This document shows positions 1 through 12,675 of a stretch of DNA of 64,000 nucleotides, one piece after another. Source of the stretch: Felis catus (Eukaryota). A program made the position numbers and the translations under genes. The stretch spans positions 126,976,001-127,040,000 of the forward strand of contig NC_058374.1 of assembly GCF_018350175.1 (NCBI RefSeq), read 5' to 3'. A model generated the notes under the pieces. It saw nothing but the letters and a program-made list of their open reading frames with translations, did no database searches and was not told where the DNA came from. Position 1 is the stretch's first letter; every line of letters begins with the position of its first letter.

Positions 1-381
1 AGACCCATGAGAAGGTCTGAAAGGGTTAAGCCCCATGAACCTGAAAGGATTGCCGCTCTAGCCATAAGGGGTCTGAGGATTCTGACATCGTAGACAGAAT
101 GGTGTGTACATGTGTCCTTGTGCCCCGGTGGCATTTGATGCAGGAGATGGCCCACTCATCAGCATCTTAGATGAGTCTGTGACCGTGATGCATCGAGAAT
201 CACACCCAAAGGTGAAGGCCAGAATTCTGCAGGGGCAATCCCTGGAACCAAAAAACAAGACTAAAGAGAAACAGAGAAATCAATTGACTGATTTTGGTGG
301 GAAGAGGGAAGGATAGAGGTAAAATGAACACTTCAGGTTTAGGAACGAAGAGTTGTCCCCTTGGCTAACCAGTATTTTAGA

Positions 382-598
382 GCAGTTGTTCTCAATCACA
401 GATGACTTTGCCCCCCAGTGACACGTGGCAGTGTCTGGACAGCTGTCATAACTGGGGGGTGGGGGGTGATGCTATTGCCGTCTCATGCTTAGAGACCAGG
501 GATGCTGCTAAACATTCTGAAATACACCGAACAGCCCCCCCCAACAGCAAGAATGATCTGGCCCGTAATGTCAGTAGCGTTGAGGATGCAGAACCCTG
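382..598 (+). mobile_element. MER20 (hAT-Charlie) DNA transposon relic
   Basis: cagttgttctcaa...tttgccccccag...ccagggatgctgctaaacatt...aagaatgatctggccc...gaaccctg resembles the MER20 consensus end to end. Confidence 0.8.
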
Positions 599-1106
599 CT
601 TTAGAGAACAAAGGAAGTCCCGCCCTATGGATGTGCACAGAGGCTGAGCAGGGCTACTGGCTGCATGCCTTCTATTGCTAAGCTTCCAGAAGAGGCTGAG
701 GGCTAATTAGCATCCTATGGAGTGATAGAATTGTGTGTGGTGAGCAGGTGCATGGAAGGCTTCGTGATATCCCTTAACCCTCAGTACAAAAGGGACCGTG
801 AGGATCCAGGTCTGACCCAGGAAGCCCTGCCCGGCACTCACTTGGCCTGATTTTCTCTGGACACCAGGGTGCATCTCTTTCCCATTAGCAGGAATTCTGG
901 AGTTGGCTGAAGGTGGTGGCCCTCAGTGCAGACTCACAGCACAGCACTGGAGGAGACCTGGGACCTCACTGAATCCTCCCACCCCCCCATGTTGAGCTAA
1001 GGCACTGAAACCCAGGGAGAGGAGCTGACTTGCCCAAGCCTGGGGGTGTGTATCCACGTGGGATCCTCTGGCAAGTGGAAAGCCTGCTCAGACTAGATTA
1101 AACCAA

Positions 1107-1520
1107 GTGTCTTCATTCAGTAACCGAAACGTCCAGGTTTCAGCTCAGGCACAGCTGGATCGGGGGACACTAACAGTGTCATTAGATCCTGCCTCTGGCC
1201 ACCTCTTGACTCTGCTCTGCTATCTTCAACTCTGCTCTCTCCTTGAGGCATTGCCTCCCTTCTTGCAGACAAGATAATCACTGGCTTTCCAGGCTGTACC
1301 TTCACAGCTTCAAGTAAGGAGGACATAAAGTACCTCTCTGCCTGTGGTCCCCAAGAAAGCACATTATGGCTCTGAATTAGGGAACATGTCCACCGCTGAT
1401 CCAGCCTCCGGGTGCTGGAAGGAATGACCAGCCCAGAACAGACAGAGAGTCCACATTGCCTCTCTGGCTGGAGGGAGTAGGAAGGGGAAGGTCCTTCACA
1501 GGGAATTTGGGGGTGCTGCT
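1107..1520. mobile_element. Old MaLR LTR (MLT1-type) fragment
   Basis: ggtttcagctcaggcacagctggatc, ctctgaattagggaacatgtcc and related MLT1J/K-like motifs. Confidence 0.5.
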
Positions 1521-2339
1521 GCCGGAAGCAGGGGGAGTAGACACTGGGTGGACCAGAAGGACACATGGCCACCACCCCTAGCTGGTAAGCATCCTGCCTT
1601 TTCCACTCTGCCACAGCCTCTTAAGGCAGAGCTGCTGCCTCTCAAGGTCCCACCCTGGTCTTGTCACCGGCCCAAGGGAACAAGAGGTGGGGGAGAGCTG
1701 GGAGACAATGGCCCAGGGCTGAGAGCTCAGCCCAGTGACTGGCCAGTGACTGAGAGGTGGAGGACAGAAGAGCCTGGGTCCAGGACTTGGGAAATGACTT
1801 AATGCCCTTAGTGCCTTCCCTCTGGTAAATATGAATAGCATGCACATTACCTTCGTTAGTTCCCACTCCAGGCCACGGGTCGAGTGTAGGGTATCTCCTC
1901 CCTGAGACTCCCCACGCACACACACCCCTTACCTCTCCACCCCCCACCCCCACCCTGAGCTCCCTCTGATGCTTACTTTAATCCCATTTCATCGTAGGGC
2001 ACATGGGGGGGGGGGATGGAGAGGATGACTCTCACCATATGGATGCCTTGGCCCCTGCTTTTGCCAGGGACCAGCAGGTTGTCAGACCCTGCACAGCAGA
2101 CACTCCCTGCCCCTTCCCAGGCACCCCCAGCCTCTCTCCCTGCAGTCTCCTCCTCTTCCCCAGCAGATCTCTGGAAACTCCTTTACTGGCATCAGCTAAA
2201 AGCTGAACAAGCTTGGTTGGTCTGATTCCAAACTGCTTTCCCAAAGCTCTTTCCAGATATAGACAAGATGGCTGGTTAGATGGACCCAGGCTGTTTCTTT
2301 TTAATCCAACACACACCGTGAATATCGAGTGTGCCTCTT

Positions 2340-3265
2340 GTAGAGAACCATCTGGAAGTCCTTCCTTGGGTGTCCATTGAGTGCTTTCTCTGTGCCATCC
2401 ACTATTCTGGGTGCTGACGATGGCGAAGGAGACACAAGAGACAACCACCCCTGCCTTCACGGAGCTAACTGTGAATATGTAAGAAGTCAAGCAGATAGTA
2501 TGTCAGATCAGAAAAGCTCCCTGGGGAGCAAACAGCATGGGTTGGGGGACTGAGAATGCCAGGGGCAGGGGCTGTGGCTTCTGCCAGGAGTTCCAGAGCC
2601 TCTGAAAATGTGGCATTTGCAGGGACACCTGAAGGAGGGGAGGGAGAGAGTGGGAGATGTCCAGGGAGAGGCTCCAGGCAGAGGATGGGTCCAGGTCTTG
2701 CCGGAGGGTAAGCTGAAGGAGGAGTCTACCTGCACGTTCAAGGAGAAGTGAAGGGGCCGGGTCATGGTACATGGAAGTGGTCCAGCTGGGAGGGAGATGG
2801 CGGACGAGCCCCAGGGGTCGTGGACCCCCACACACCCAGGCATTGTGAGGACTTCAGCCTTTACCCCAGTGTGGCGGGGGCACTGGAGGCTTTTGAACAG
2901 GGAAGGGACCTGAGCAACTTTTTTTTAAGACAGAATCACCTTGCTGCTGCATTGAGAATAGAGCCGGGTGGGGGAGGGAGCAGGGATGGAAGCAGGGAGA
3001 CCACTCCTGGGGCCATGGCAATAGTCCCAGTCAGAGATGGATGGCGACACCAGGGTGGTGGCAGTGGGGATTCTGAGCTTATTCTGAAGAAGAGGCAACA
3101 GACAGATTCGATGTGGATGTAAGAGGACCGAGGAGTTGAGGCTAGGCTCAGGGTTTGGGCTGGAGCACTGGAAGCACAAGGAAGACGCTGGAGGAGATTT
3201 GGGGCAGCCATAGGTCAACAGGTCAGTGCGGGACATGTTCAGTGTGAGATGCCTTTAACAGCAAG
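2340..3265 (-). mobile_element. LINE-2 fragment
   Basis: Typical L2 3' region in antisense: ctgccttcacggagct, cactggaggcttttgaacaggg, agtcccagtcagagatgg, gtgtgagatgcc. Confidence 0.7.
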
Positions 3266-3329
3266 TGACGATGTCCGGTGCATATCCACCGAGGTGAGGA
3301 AGCCTGCAGGAGGCGTGCTCTAGGGGTTT

Positions 3330-3520
3330 CAGAAATACCTTCATACACGTTCTCTCCTTTAATGTGTACAAGAACCATACGCTGGTAGATTAGATCATGC
3401 CCATTTCAGAGATGAGGAGACTGAGGATCACGGGGTAAGTAACTGGCCCAAAGTCACAGGATGTACCTATGGCAAAGCAGGCCCAGCCCCTCTGATTTCA
3501 AATCCATTTCCTCTTTCCTC
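3330..3520 (-). mobile_element. MIR
   Basis: MIR core cccatttcagagatgaggagactgagg...aagtaactggcccaaagtcacag. Confidence 0.7.
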
Positions 3521-3569
3521 TCCACATGCTGCTCCCCCAGGATTTCAAGAGATTTGAAAACTAGTGGAT

Positions 3570-3792
3570 GGGGTGCCTGGGTGGCTCAGTCAGTTAAGCG
3601 TTTGACTTCAGCTCAGGTCATGATCTCATGGTTTGTGGGTTCGAGCCCTGCGTCAGGCTCTGTGCTGACAGCTCGGAGCCTGGAGTCTGCCTCGGATTCC
3701 GTGCCTCCCCTTCTCTCTGCACCTCCCCCACTCAAGCTCTGTCTCTATCTCTCTCATAAATAAAATAAACATTAAAAAATTTAAAAAAAAAA
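3570..3792 (+). mobile_element. CAN-SINE (felid SINEC)
   Basis: ggggtgcctgggtggctcagtcagttaag head with A/B boxes, CT-rich body and A-rich tail. Confidence 0.95.
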
Positions 3793-5434
3793 GTGGAGAA
3801 ACAGAAAACCAGTGAATGCTATCACCTTTGTCCCCACTAAGGGAGGAGAGTCCCCATCTGCAGCTCCAGACCCCAGTCCTAACCTTGCCACTGCTGTGTC
3901 CCAGGCAGGCAGGGGCTGTGGGGGACAATGGCACAGGTACCACTCCCAAGATCAGAGCAACAGGGCCATCTGGTTCACGTGATGCTTTTTCTTTCGTGCC
4001 TCTTTCTGCTGGCTCTCTGCCCTTTGCTTCCTAAGAGGGACACTCTTTAGGGGACCCTGGGTGTATCTGTCTGTGTGTATCTGTGCGTGTTTCTGCACCT
4101 TGGAGGCCAGAACAATGAAAATAGGTGAATGTTTGGACTCGTAAGACGAATAACCCAACCTTGCAAATAAATCAGCTGTTCTACCAGCCCAAGGGGGGAT
4201 CCACCTGCAGGGCAATAAATGAGATCATTGTTTTCTTTCTTCTTTTTTTCCCCCATGTTCTCTTGACATACAGCATAACATTGTCTGGAAAGCAATGTTT
4301 CTAGGACTGCACAAAACTAGGGATGAAATTATTTTCATGAAAGAAAACTCTATTTCTGTGGTTAATCTGAAGAAATGACTTCATATATCCATTTGACTCC
4401 TTAAGTGTTTCTCTGATGCATGCCTAGTGGCAGAGTCTTTCTGATTTGAGTTCTCAGTAGCGGAACACGTGAGCTGTGGAGGGGACAGATGTCCAAGCCT
4501 GGAGCAGGAAAACTACCTGGTTGGGAGTTTGTGCGGAGGGCAGAAAGGTAACCAAGATTCTCGGATGCTCAATGATGTGCTTGACATGGCTCCTTAGTAT
4601 CCATTGCCTCATAAAATCCTTACAGCAACCCATTTTACAGGTAAGAAACTGAGGTTCAGGGTGGAGCCCTGGTCATGCTCCAAAGCCCATGTTCTTTTTA
4701 GTACCCCACATTTGTAAATTCCATCCTGGCCACACGGACAACATTTGAAAAGTCTACCCAGGTGTGGGGTCAGGGGACACAGTGAGGGCCCCGATGCTGA
4801 CAGACATGGGCCTTAACACACCAGCCCAGCCTTTCCTGGTAGAACCCATGTAAGGGTCCGGTGACCCTACTGGGACATGAACAGCTGGGGGGGAAGGGGG
4901 GGCAGGTTCAGAGCACCAGCGTCTGTCCTACCTCCCTCCTCAAGGTGGCACGCATTGAGGACTTCTGGAAGAGGCAGGCTTTGTGCCATCCAGAGCTGCC
5001 TCTTCTTGAAATTTCTTGGCCCCCAGGAATGTCAGTCAGGAGGGGAAGATGCTGGAATGCTGTCTCTGACATGGGCTGGGATGTAGCTGTGNNNNNNNNN
5101 NNNNNNNNNNNNNNNNNNNNNNNNNNNNNNNNNNNNNNNNNNNNNNNNNNNNNNNNNNNNNNNNNNNNNNNNNNNNNNNNNNNNNNNNNNNNNNNNNNNN
5201 NNNNNNNNNNNNNNNNNNNNTTTGTGCATTAATTTCCCCTCTAGTAGGTTTAAGAAGTTTTAAAAAACTGTTTACAACTTTGCTGTGGAAGAGCCTGAGG
5301 ATCAGTTCTGCACCAAAACAACAACAACAACAACAAAACCCAAAAGCACTAATCTAAAGGACCATGGCATATTAAAAATATGACATATTTATCTGCCATA
5401 AATACAGGTTTGTGTCCCCTTAATCCTCTTAACT

Positions 5435-5605
5435 CAGAGGTTGGCAAACTATGGCCTGAGGCCTTGTTTTTGTAAATAAAGTTTTATTGGAACAGAGCCA
5501 TACTCATTCAACAGCAGAACTGAGTAGTTACCACTGAGATTATATGGCTCACAAAACTAGAAGTATTTACTGTCTGGCCCTTTATAAAAAAAAGTTGGCT
5601 GATCT
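5435..5605 (+). mobile_element. MER58A (hAT-Charlie)
   Basis: cagaggttggcaaactatggcc...aaataaagttttattggaac...atttactgtctggccctttataaaaaaag. Confidence 0.8.
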
Positions 5606-5610
5606 GTAAG

Positions 5611-5638
5611 ACACAGACACACACACACACACACACTG

Positions 5639-5670
<32 letters not shown>
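5611..5670. repeat. Compound (CA)n/(CT)n microsatellite
   Basis: Directly visible. Confidence 0.95.
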
Positions 5671-5672
<2 letters not shown>

Positions 5673-5779
5673 GCAAACTCCTATGAATCCTACAAGATCC
5701 AGCTTAAAACCACCCAGGCCCAAGACAAAGCTAATCATATCCTTCTCAGGCCCCGCAAGGGGCTCCAAAGAGCAAATAG

Positions 5780-6010
5780 ACACTGTTCGTGGAACAATGC
5801 ATGCCAGACATTGTTCTAAGCATGTCACGTGCTTTATGATCACTATTTTACAGATGAGGAAACCAAGGCACAGAGAGGTTAAGTGACTTTCCCACAGTCC
5901 CACAACTGTGAGTCGGAGTTTAGACCCAGGAAGTGTGTCTTCGGAGGTCAGTTTGTTCACCATGTTGCCACAGGTAGTTATTATCCCCATTTTACAGATG
6001 GAAAACAGAG
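5780..6010 (-). mobile_element. MIR fragments
   Basis: attttacagatgaggaaaccaaggcacagagaggttaagtgactt, plus a second core at ~5985. Confidence 0.7.
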
Positions 6011-7879
6011 ACTCTTACACAGCACACGTTCTGTTGTGTTATGATAAAGTACATCCAAGTCTATCTCTTCGCAGTTTTTCCTCGAGGGCAGAAACGCTCT
6101 TCCTCACCCCACACCCTAGTGCCTGGCACATAGGAGATGCTCAGGGACTAAAGGTTAAGGTGGGAGCAACTTTCTGGAGCGTGAGCTCCTCGAGGCCAGG
6201 GAGGTCAGCTTATATACCACTGGAGCTCCAGTGCCCAGCACTGAATTTGCCTCAAAGAAGTGGGTTCAGCAAATGGGCGAGAGAGGGGAGAGTTTTTCTG
6301 GGAATAGGAAGCCCTCCTCTGACTGCCTCTGCTCTTCCTCACTCTTCTTGGCTGGGAAAGGTTGGCCAAAGCTCTGTGCCAGGATCTGTTTAACTTGGCT
6401 GCGAGGCATTGCCAGGAGAAGGAAGGGATGTCACCTGCCGCGTTCGTTGGTGTTCAGACTTGGCCACATTTTCAAAGGCCTCACTGATTGCTCACGAGGA
6501 GTATGTCTGCATGAAATTCTGCCGGCACCAGGAAATATGTCGGCAGATGTAATTTTACTCCTTTCATTCCAGTGGAGTTGATCTTTGAGGAAAACCACTG
6601 ATTGACATAGACCCCGGCTACATTTTTGCAGTCACAAAATCCTGGTCATTGCCAGAAAGACTCAGGGATCATCTGGTCCGTGAGAGGTAAAGGACAATTT
6701 TTGTTTAATCCCCAAAATAAAAATGGTATTTGATCACCATCAGTTGAGAATTTGAGCAGCACCCAAAGGGTTACACAGATTACAAGGTGATGGGCATTCA
6801 GGGGAGAGGGGGCCTGCCCTTGGGCTGGCTGGGGCAAGGCAGAAAGACTTCCTGGAGGAGAGAAATTAGAGGCAAGCTCCTAGGAAGACGTGCAGTTCAG
6901 TCAAGGAGAGGAGGAGGGACAGCCTCCCAGGGCAGAGGTGGGAGATCAACGGTATGGTTCAGGTACAGAGGGCTGCCATCAATGAGACGCGTCTGGGGAG
7001 TTATAACTGGAAAGTACTGGGAGATTCAAGGGGGACAGGGAGGCCAAGAGCGTGGTTCCAGAATCAGACCTGACTTCAGTTCTCCGCCACTACGTTTGGT
7101 GGCTGTATATCCTTGTCTGGCAACCTAAATCTCTTCGTGCTTGGGGGATGGTGGACATGGCTATGACTCGTTTGGGGTCTTTGCTACTATGCAAGTTGTA
7201 GCTGTGTCAAAACTCATCCAGCTGTATGCTTAAAATGGATGTTTTGTGGTCAGTAAATTATTCCACAATATAGCTGATCTTAAAAGGAAAAGACCTCTTT
7301 GCGCCCTGATTTCCTCATCTGGTCATCCATCTTTCATAGGAACAGTGTCAGGGTTGACCAGGACAATGCCTGTAAACCGCTTACCCCAGTATTGGCTCAG
7401 TGTCAGTTAGGAGTACTGTTACATTATGGTTGTGTAGGACCTTAAAAGCAAAGCTGAACACTTTGAACTTGTGTCTGGTAGGCAGAGGGAGCCCCTAAAG
7501 CTTTCTGAGCAGGGAAGAAATCAAAAGGTTTTTTGTTTAATTGCAGTAAAATAAACATAACATAGAATTTACCATCCTAACCATTTCTAAAGTATGCAGA
7601 TTAGTGGCATTAAGTACATTCACAATTCTGTTCAATCATCACCACCATCCAAAATTTTGTTTTTAAGAGAGGAATTAGGCGGGATGACCCAGAGGAGAGA
7701 GATACTCACGGGTGGCCCCTGGAGAGGTCATTGGAACTGTGCATGCGGGGATGTTACAGGGATGGAAAAAATACATAAGAGAACTTAGCACAGAAGAAAC
7801 CATATGATTTGGTGAATAATTGTATAAGGAAGAAGGAAGCATCAAAGATGACTGTAATTTCCAAGAAGAAATAAAAGGA

Positions 7880-8044
7880 GGAGCCCCTGGGTGGCTCAGT
7901 CAGTTAACCAACCAACTTCAGCTCAGGTCATGATCTCACAGTTCATGAGTCTGAGCCCCGCATCGGGCTCTGTGCTGACAGCAAAGAGCCTGGAGCCTGC
8001 TTCAGATTCTGTCTCCCTCTCTCTCTGCCCCTCCCCCACTCATG

Positions 8045-8075
<31 letters not shown>

Positions 8076-8098
8076 AAAAAAAAAACATTAAAAAAAAA
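7880..8098 (+). mobile_element. CAN-SINE with 14-bp TSD
   Basis: TSD aagaaataaaagga at 7866-7879 and 8099-8112. Confidence 0.95.
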
Positions 8099-8968
8099 AA
8101 GAAATAAAAGGACATCGCAAGCTCTCTTTGAAATACTTTTATTTATAGCATATTATTTGGCTTAAGATTCTGGCGGTCCTGATAACACAGAGTGCTGGTA
8201 AAAGTATGCTGAAGTTGTCACTTACGTATATCACTTGGGGTACAACCTTTAGAAAACTAATTTGGCAATACGTGTTAAAAGCCTTTTAAAAAAATGGTTC
8301 TTATCCTGATCCAGTGCTCTGAATTCCCGGAATCCATCCTCAGAATAATCCAGACTTCAGAGAAGCTGTGTGTGGGTTGATATCCATGAACTTAATGTTG
8401 TTGGATTTTGAGTAATAGCTCCCAAGTGGAAGCCACCTGACTGTCTGTCCCCACCTAACGAAACAGTTCAAGGCTTTGAACCCTTAAATTTTTTTCCTTT
8501 AATGTGTTGCAGGGCTCCATTGCATAGGGAGGTACCCTGAGGCATTTAAGTTATGCTTTGACAAACTATATTTGTATGCAACCATTAGGGCATAATTGGC
8601 CTTTTGCAAAAGTCCCCTCATAGGTGGATGGAGCTGTGTCCACAGACTCCTAATATCCTAATCTTGCCCTGGCTGCCCTGACATGACTGAGGGAGTGACC
8701 CCCAGGTTCCAGTGACTGCAAGAAGGGAGCTGTTCCTTAGCCCTCCTCCACCTTCCCTGGCTTACTGTGTGAAAGCAGGCCTGCCTAGGGAGAATTTCCA
8801 GTCCCCATGGCCAGTCTGTGCTCCTGAGAGGGCGGATATCGCGGGCAAATCGTGGACAACCCATCCTGGGTGACAGCCCGACTGTCATCACTGAGACCAA
8901 AAGTGCTCCATGAAAAGGGTTGGAAGGAGCATCATCTATGCACTTGGGTAAGAATATTATTCCATCTG

Positions 8969-9191
8969 GGGGCGCCTGGGTGGCGCAGTCGGTTAAGCGT
9001 CCGACTTCAGCCAGGTCACTATCTCGCAGTCCGTGAGTTCGAGCCCCGCGTCAGGCTCTGGGCTGATGGCTCAGAGCCTGGAGCCTGTTTCCGATTCTGT
9101 GTCTCCCTCTCTCTCTGCCTCTCCCCCGTTCATGCTCTGTCTCTCTCTGTCCCAAAAATAAATAAACGTTGAAAAAAATATATTTAAAAAA
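8969..9191 (+). mobile_element. Young felid SINE (SINEC_Fc1-like) with TSD
   Basis: CpG-rich head ggggcgcctgggtggcgcagtcggttaagcgtccgac; TSD aagaatattattccatctgg at 8950-8969 and 9192-9211. Confidence 0.96.
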
Positions 9192-9541
9192 AAGAATATT
9201 ATTCCATCTGGACTGGGAAAATGGTGGTGTAGCACTGCCTCCAGCTTTCTTAGGTGACAGGATCAGAAATGATAGTGTCAAGGGCAGAGGCATGTGGATA
9301 TTCACCAGGAGGAAGCCAGCCCAGGAAGCTCTCACACCCTTAGGAATTGAATTGGAACAAATGCCCAATAGGAGTTAACTACAAAATAAAAGTCCTTTTC
9401 CCTTGGTACATTTATAAAGTTTATAGAGCACTTTTACTTTCTTCATCTCTTTACAACAGTCCTGTAAGGAGGCTGGGCAGATGTGACTGGCCCCACTTCA
9501 CAGAGGGAGAAACTGAGGCACAGTTGGGCAAAGCAGTTTGC

Positions 9542-9730
9542 TTTTTTTTCTTTTTTAATGTTTATTTATTTTGGAGAGAGAGCAAGCAGGGGAGGGGCAG
9601 AGAGAGGGGGGACAGAGGATCTGAAGCAGGTTCCATGCTGAGAGCAGTGCGGGGCTTGAATTCACAAACCATGAGATCATGACCTGAGCCAAAGTCAGAT
9701 GCTTAACCAACTGAGCCACCCAGGCGCCCC
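9542..9730 (-). mobile_element. CAN-SINE inserted in a MIR
   Basis: Ends ...ctgagccacccaggcgcccc; flanked by agcagtttgcttt / agcaatttgcttt (TSD with 1 mismatch). Confidence 0.93.
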
Positions 9731-11957
9731 AGCAATTTGCTTTCTTGACCTACAAGGAGGATCAGGGGAGAAAGAGTGCTGTCATATGTTAGCCACTCAG
9801 TGTTTCCGGGACTGGGCTAGGAGCTTTTAAATAACTGCCTCACTTAAATTCAGTCTTTACAGCCACACTTGGCTATTGATAGCCCCTTTTGTAGATGAGG
9901 AAAGAGGCGCAGAGAGGCTGGATCACTGGCCAAGGCCACACAGCTTGTGAGAGAGGCAGAGTTGGGATTAGAACTCAGATCTCCCTGGCTCCAAAGCCTG
10001 CTGGGGCCACACCTTTACAAGAGTCATTGACGCCTCTCAATAGAACTATACATCTGAGTAGGCAGGCCCCTGTGGCCAAGGAATCAGGTGCTCCCAAGAC
10101 CGTGGAGAAGAAGACCAGCTCTCCACGCTTGTCATTTGTTCATAATGTAACACGAAGAATAACCCCTTGGCTACATGCCTCAGCATGTCAGTGTCCTGTT
10201 GATGAGAGCAGGTGCACAGTCCTTGTCTTCACACCCTGTTCTTCAGGTCTGCTCACAACGTTACTAAACCGGAGGGACTGTGGTGACAGAAGTGGGCAGT
10301 TTCCGCAGTTTCCTTTTAAAGGCAGTCACTCTTTCTTTCACAGATTCGATCATTTATTCATTCAACAAACAGCAGCAAGATGTTTGGTTTTTTTCCCAGA
10401 CCTTGAGCTAAGAACTAGAGCTGCAAATGGAATGGAACGCACTCCTTGCCCAACAGGTGGAATAGAGGATTAACAGTGAAAAACCGTTTCATGCAATGAT
10501 GGAATGAGTCGTGGTGCTGTTGACAGTTGGGGTCCAGGGGCTTTGGCGGGAGAGGGCTGTAAAAAGGAGCAATTTTCTGAGGAGACGTTGTTTCTAAAGC
10601 CCTTGGATGAGAAATGAGATTTTGAGAGTAGAAAGAATCCCTTCTCCCAGCCGCCCTTCCCCCCCCCCCCCCCGGCTTTCTGGAAGCTTCCTTTCATGTC
10701 CACCTGTTCACACCTGCTAATATAATTCATTGACCATGCACCATCTTCTCATCTGAGAAATGGGGGTGATGCTACCAGTTATCATGTGCCAGACCTCTCC
10801 GTCTTACAGATGGGGCGGCTGAAGATCAGAGACGAGAGGGCCTGGCCCAAGGTGCCCTCGGGAAGGCAGGCAAAAGGGCAGGATGTTCACTGGCCTCATC
10901 CAGGCTCCAGAGCTGGCCTCTTTCCCACCAGAGCCAGTACATCTCACAAGGCCAGTGGCACAGGTGCCCCCAGCCACAGTTTAGCCACAGTGGCCAAGCC
11001 CCACCCCCACCCATTTCCCCGTCCTGTGCGTCAGGCCCTCAGACTGTCCCCTGCCTCCCTTGCTGTCCTCTCTTCTTCCTCCCTCCTAGATGCTTCCCTC
11101 TCCCCACCGTGAGGTCTGCCCAGTCCTTCTGGAAGAAGCCAACCAACCACCCTCAACACAACCAAAGGAAACAGTGTCGCAGTTCAAGCTAGCCCCATTT
11201 GGGGACAGCCGCAGGGAAAAACCTTGTGCTGACTTCTCCGTTTATTTATTAGCTTTGTGCCCTTGGGCTGCCATCCGCCTTCCAGGGGAGATAACCCAGC
11301 CGAGGTCGGCTGCTGGTGCAGAGTAAGCTGAGAATCCGGAAGCAACTCCACATTACTAAGTGCCAGCCAGCATCAGTGTTTAGTTGGTATTGTTTTCACA
11401 GTGTCGCTGTTAAGATCAAAATGATGTTAGATAAACAGGAAGCACGTTAACCCCCAGGCAGTGCTGGAGAGAGGAGCTCTGCTTCCCCAGGGCCAAGCAG
11501 GAGAGAAAAGAATTCTCTTCCTGATAGAAAATAGGGGGAAACGGCCAAGCGCTAGCCCAGAGGGGTAACCTGGGGCTTGAGGCAGCTCTTTGGGCCTCTA
11601 AACCCAGGGTCCCTGCAGGGAAGCCTGGACAGAAAGACAGAGGCGGGGCTGGCCTCGCCCTGTCCCTTCCCTGTCTCAGGCGGGTGGAGCGATCATGCAG
11701 AGGACAGCCTCAGCCTGGAACAAGGAGGTGTTCTCCGGGCAGGACATCCCTAACGGGAAGGTCAGGCCAGAGCACGAAGGCAGACCCCTGGCACTTGTGG
11801 GCGGCATTTTCCCTCCAAGCAGAATCTGCATCCTCAGCCAAGCAGCCCCAGAATGCTGGAAACTTCTCTCAGCCCCTGAGGCTAGCTTCTGTTATGGGGA
11901 AGGAAAGGGGTCTGGCATTTCTTGAGAACTTACCCCAAGCTTGGTGTCTTTACATAG

Positions 11958-12396
11958 GGGTTATGGTTTGAATTGTGTCCCCTCAAAAGTCCTAACCGCC
12001 CCCCCACCAGTACTTCAGAACGTGACCTTATTTGGAGATGGGTTTGTTGCAGAGGTAATTAGCTAAAGATGAGGTCATCCTGGAGTCGGGTGGGCTGCTA
12101 ATCCAACATGACTGGGATCCTTACAAAAAAGGGGAACTTGAACACAGATACGCGTGCACACAGGGAGAGCACGAGGTGACGATGAAAGTGATATTTCTCC
12201 ATTCCAAGAATGCCAAGAAACCAGCAAATCACCGGAAGCTCCGGGAGAAGCGTGGGACAGATTCTCTGTCTTTGCTCTTAGAAGGTGGCTCGAACTGTTG
12301 AGTGTCTGACTCTTGATTCTGGCTCAGGTCATGATCCCCGGGTCGTGGGATCGAGCCCCATGTCGGGCTCTGCACTGAGTGTGGAGCCTGCTTGGG

Positions 12397-12450
<54 letters not shown>

Positions 12451-12675
12451 CCTCCCTCCCTCCCTCCCTCCCTCCCTCTGCCCCTCTCCCCTGCTTGTAC
12501 TCTCTCTCTCCCCTAAAATAATTTATAGATGCATACATACATTAATAAATAAATAAGGAACCAACCTGCCAGCACTATGATCCCAGATGTTCAGCCTCTA
12601 GAACTGTGAGACAGTAAGTCTGTTGTTTAAGCCAGTAAGGTTGTGGTACTTTGTTATGACAGTCCCAGGACAGTA
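11958..12675 (+). mobile_element. MLT1 (MaLR) solo LTR interrupted by a SINE
   Basis: gttatggtttgaattgtgtcccctcaaaa...gaccttatttgga...gaactgtgagacagtaa...gtggtactttgttatgacag. Confidence 0.8.
12284..12555 (+). mobile_element. 5'-clipped CAN-SINE with expanded (CT)n(CCCT)n
   Basis: Begins at ggtggctc (lacks the ggggcgcct head), has gggatcgagcccc B box, long CT tract 12399-12476 and AAAT tail. Confidence 0.9.

Noticed and set aside
3570-3650. tRNA-like A/B boxes in SINE heads
   Set aside because: CAN-SINEs are tRNA-derived; these have SINE bodies, tails and TSDs and are not tRNA genes.
9895-10473. 192-aa ORF
   Set aside because: Starts in a MIR core and ends in L2-like DNA; no recognisable protein or splice context.
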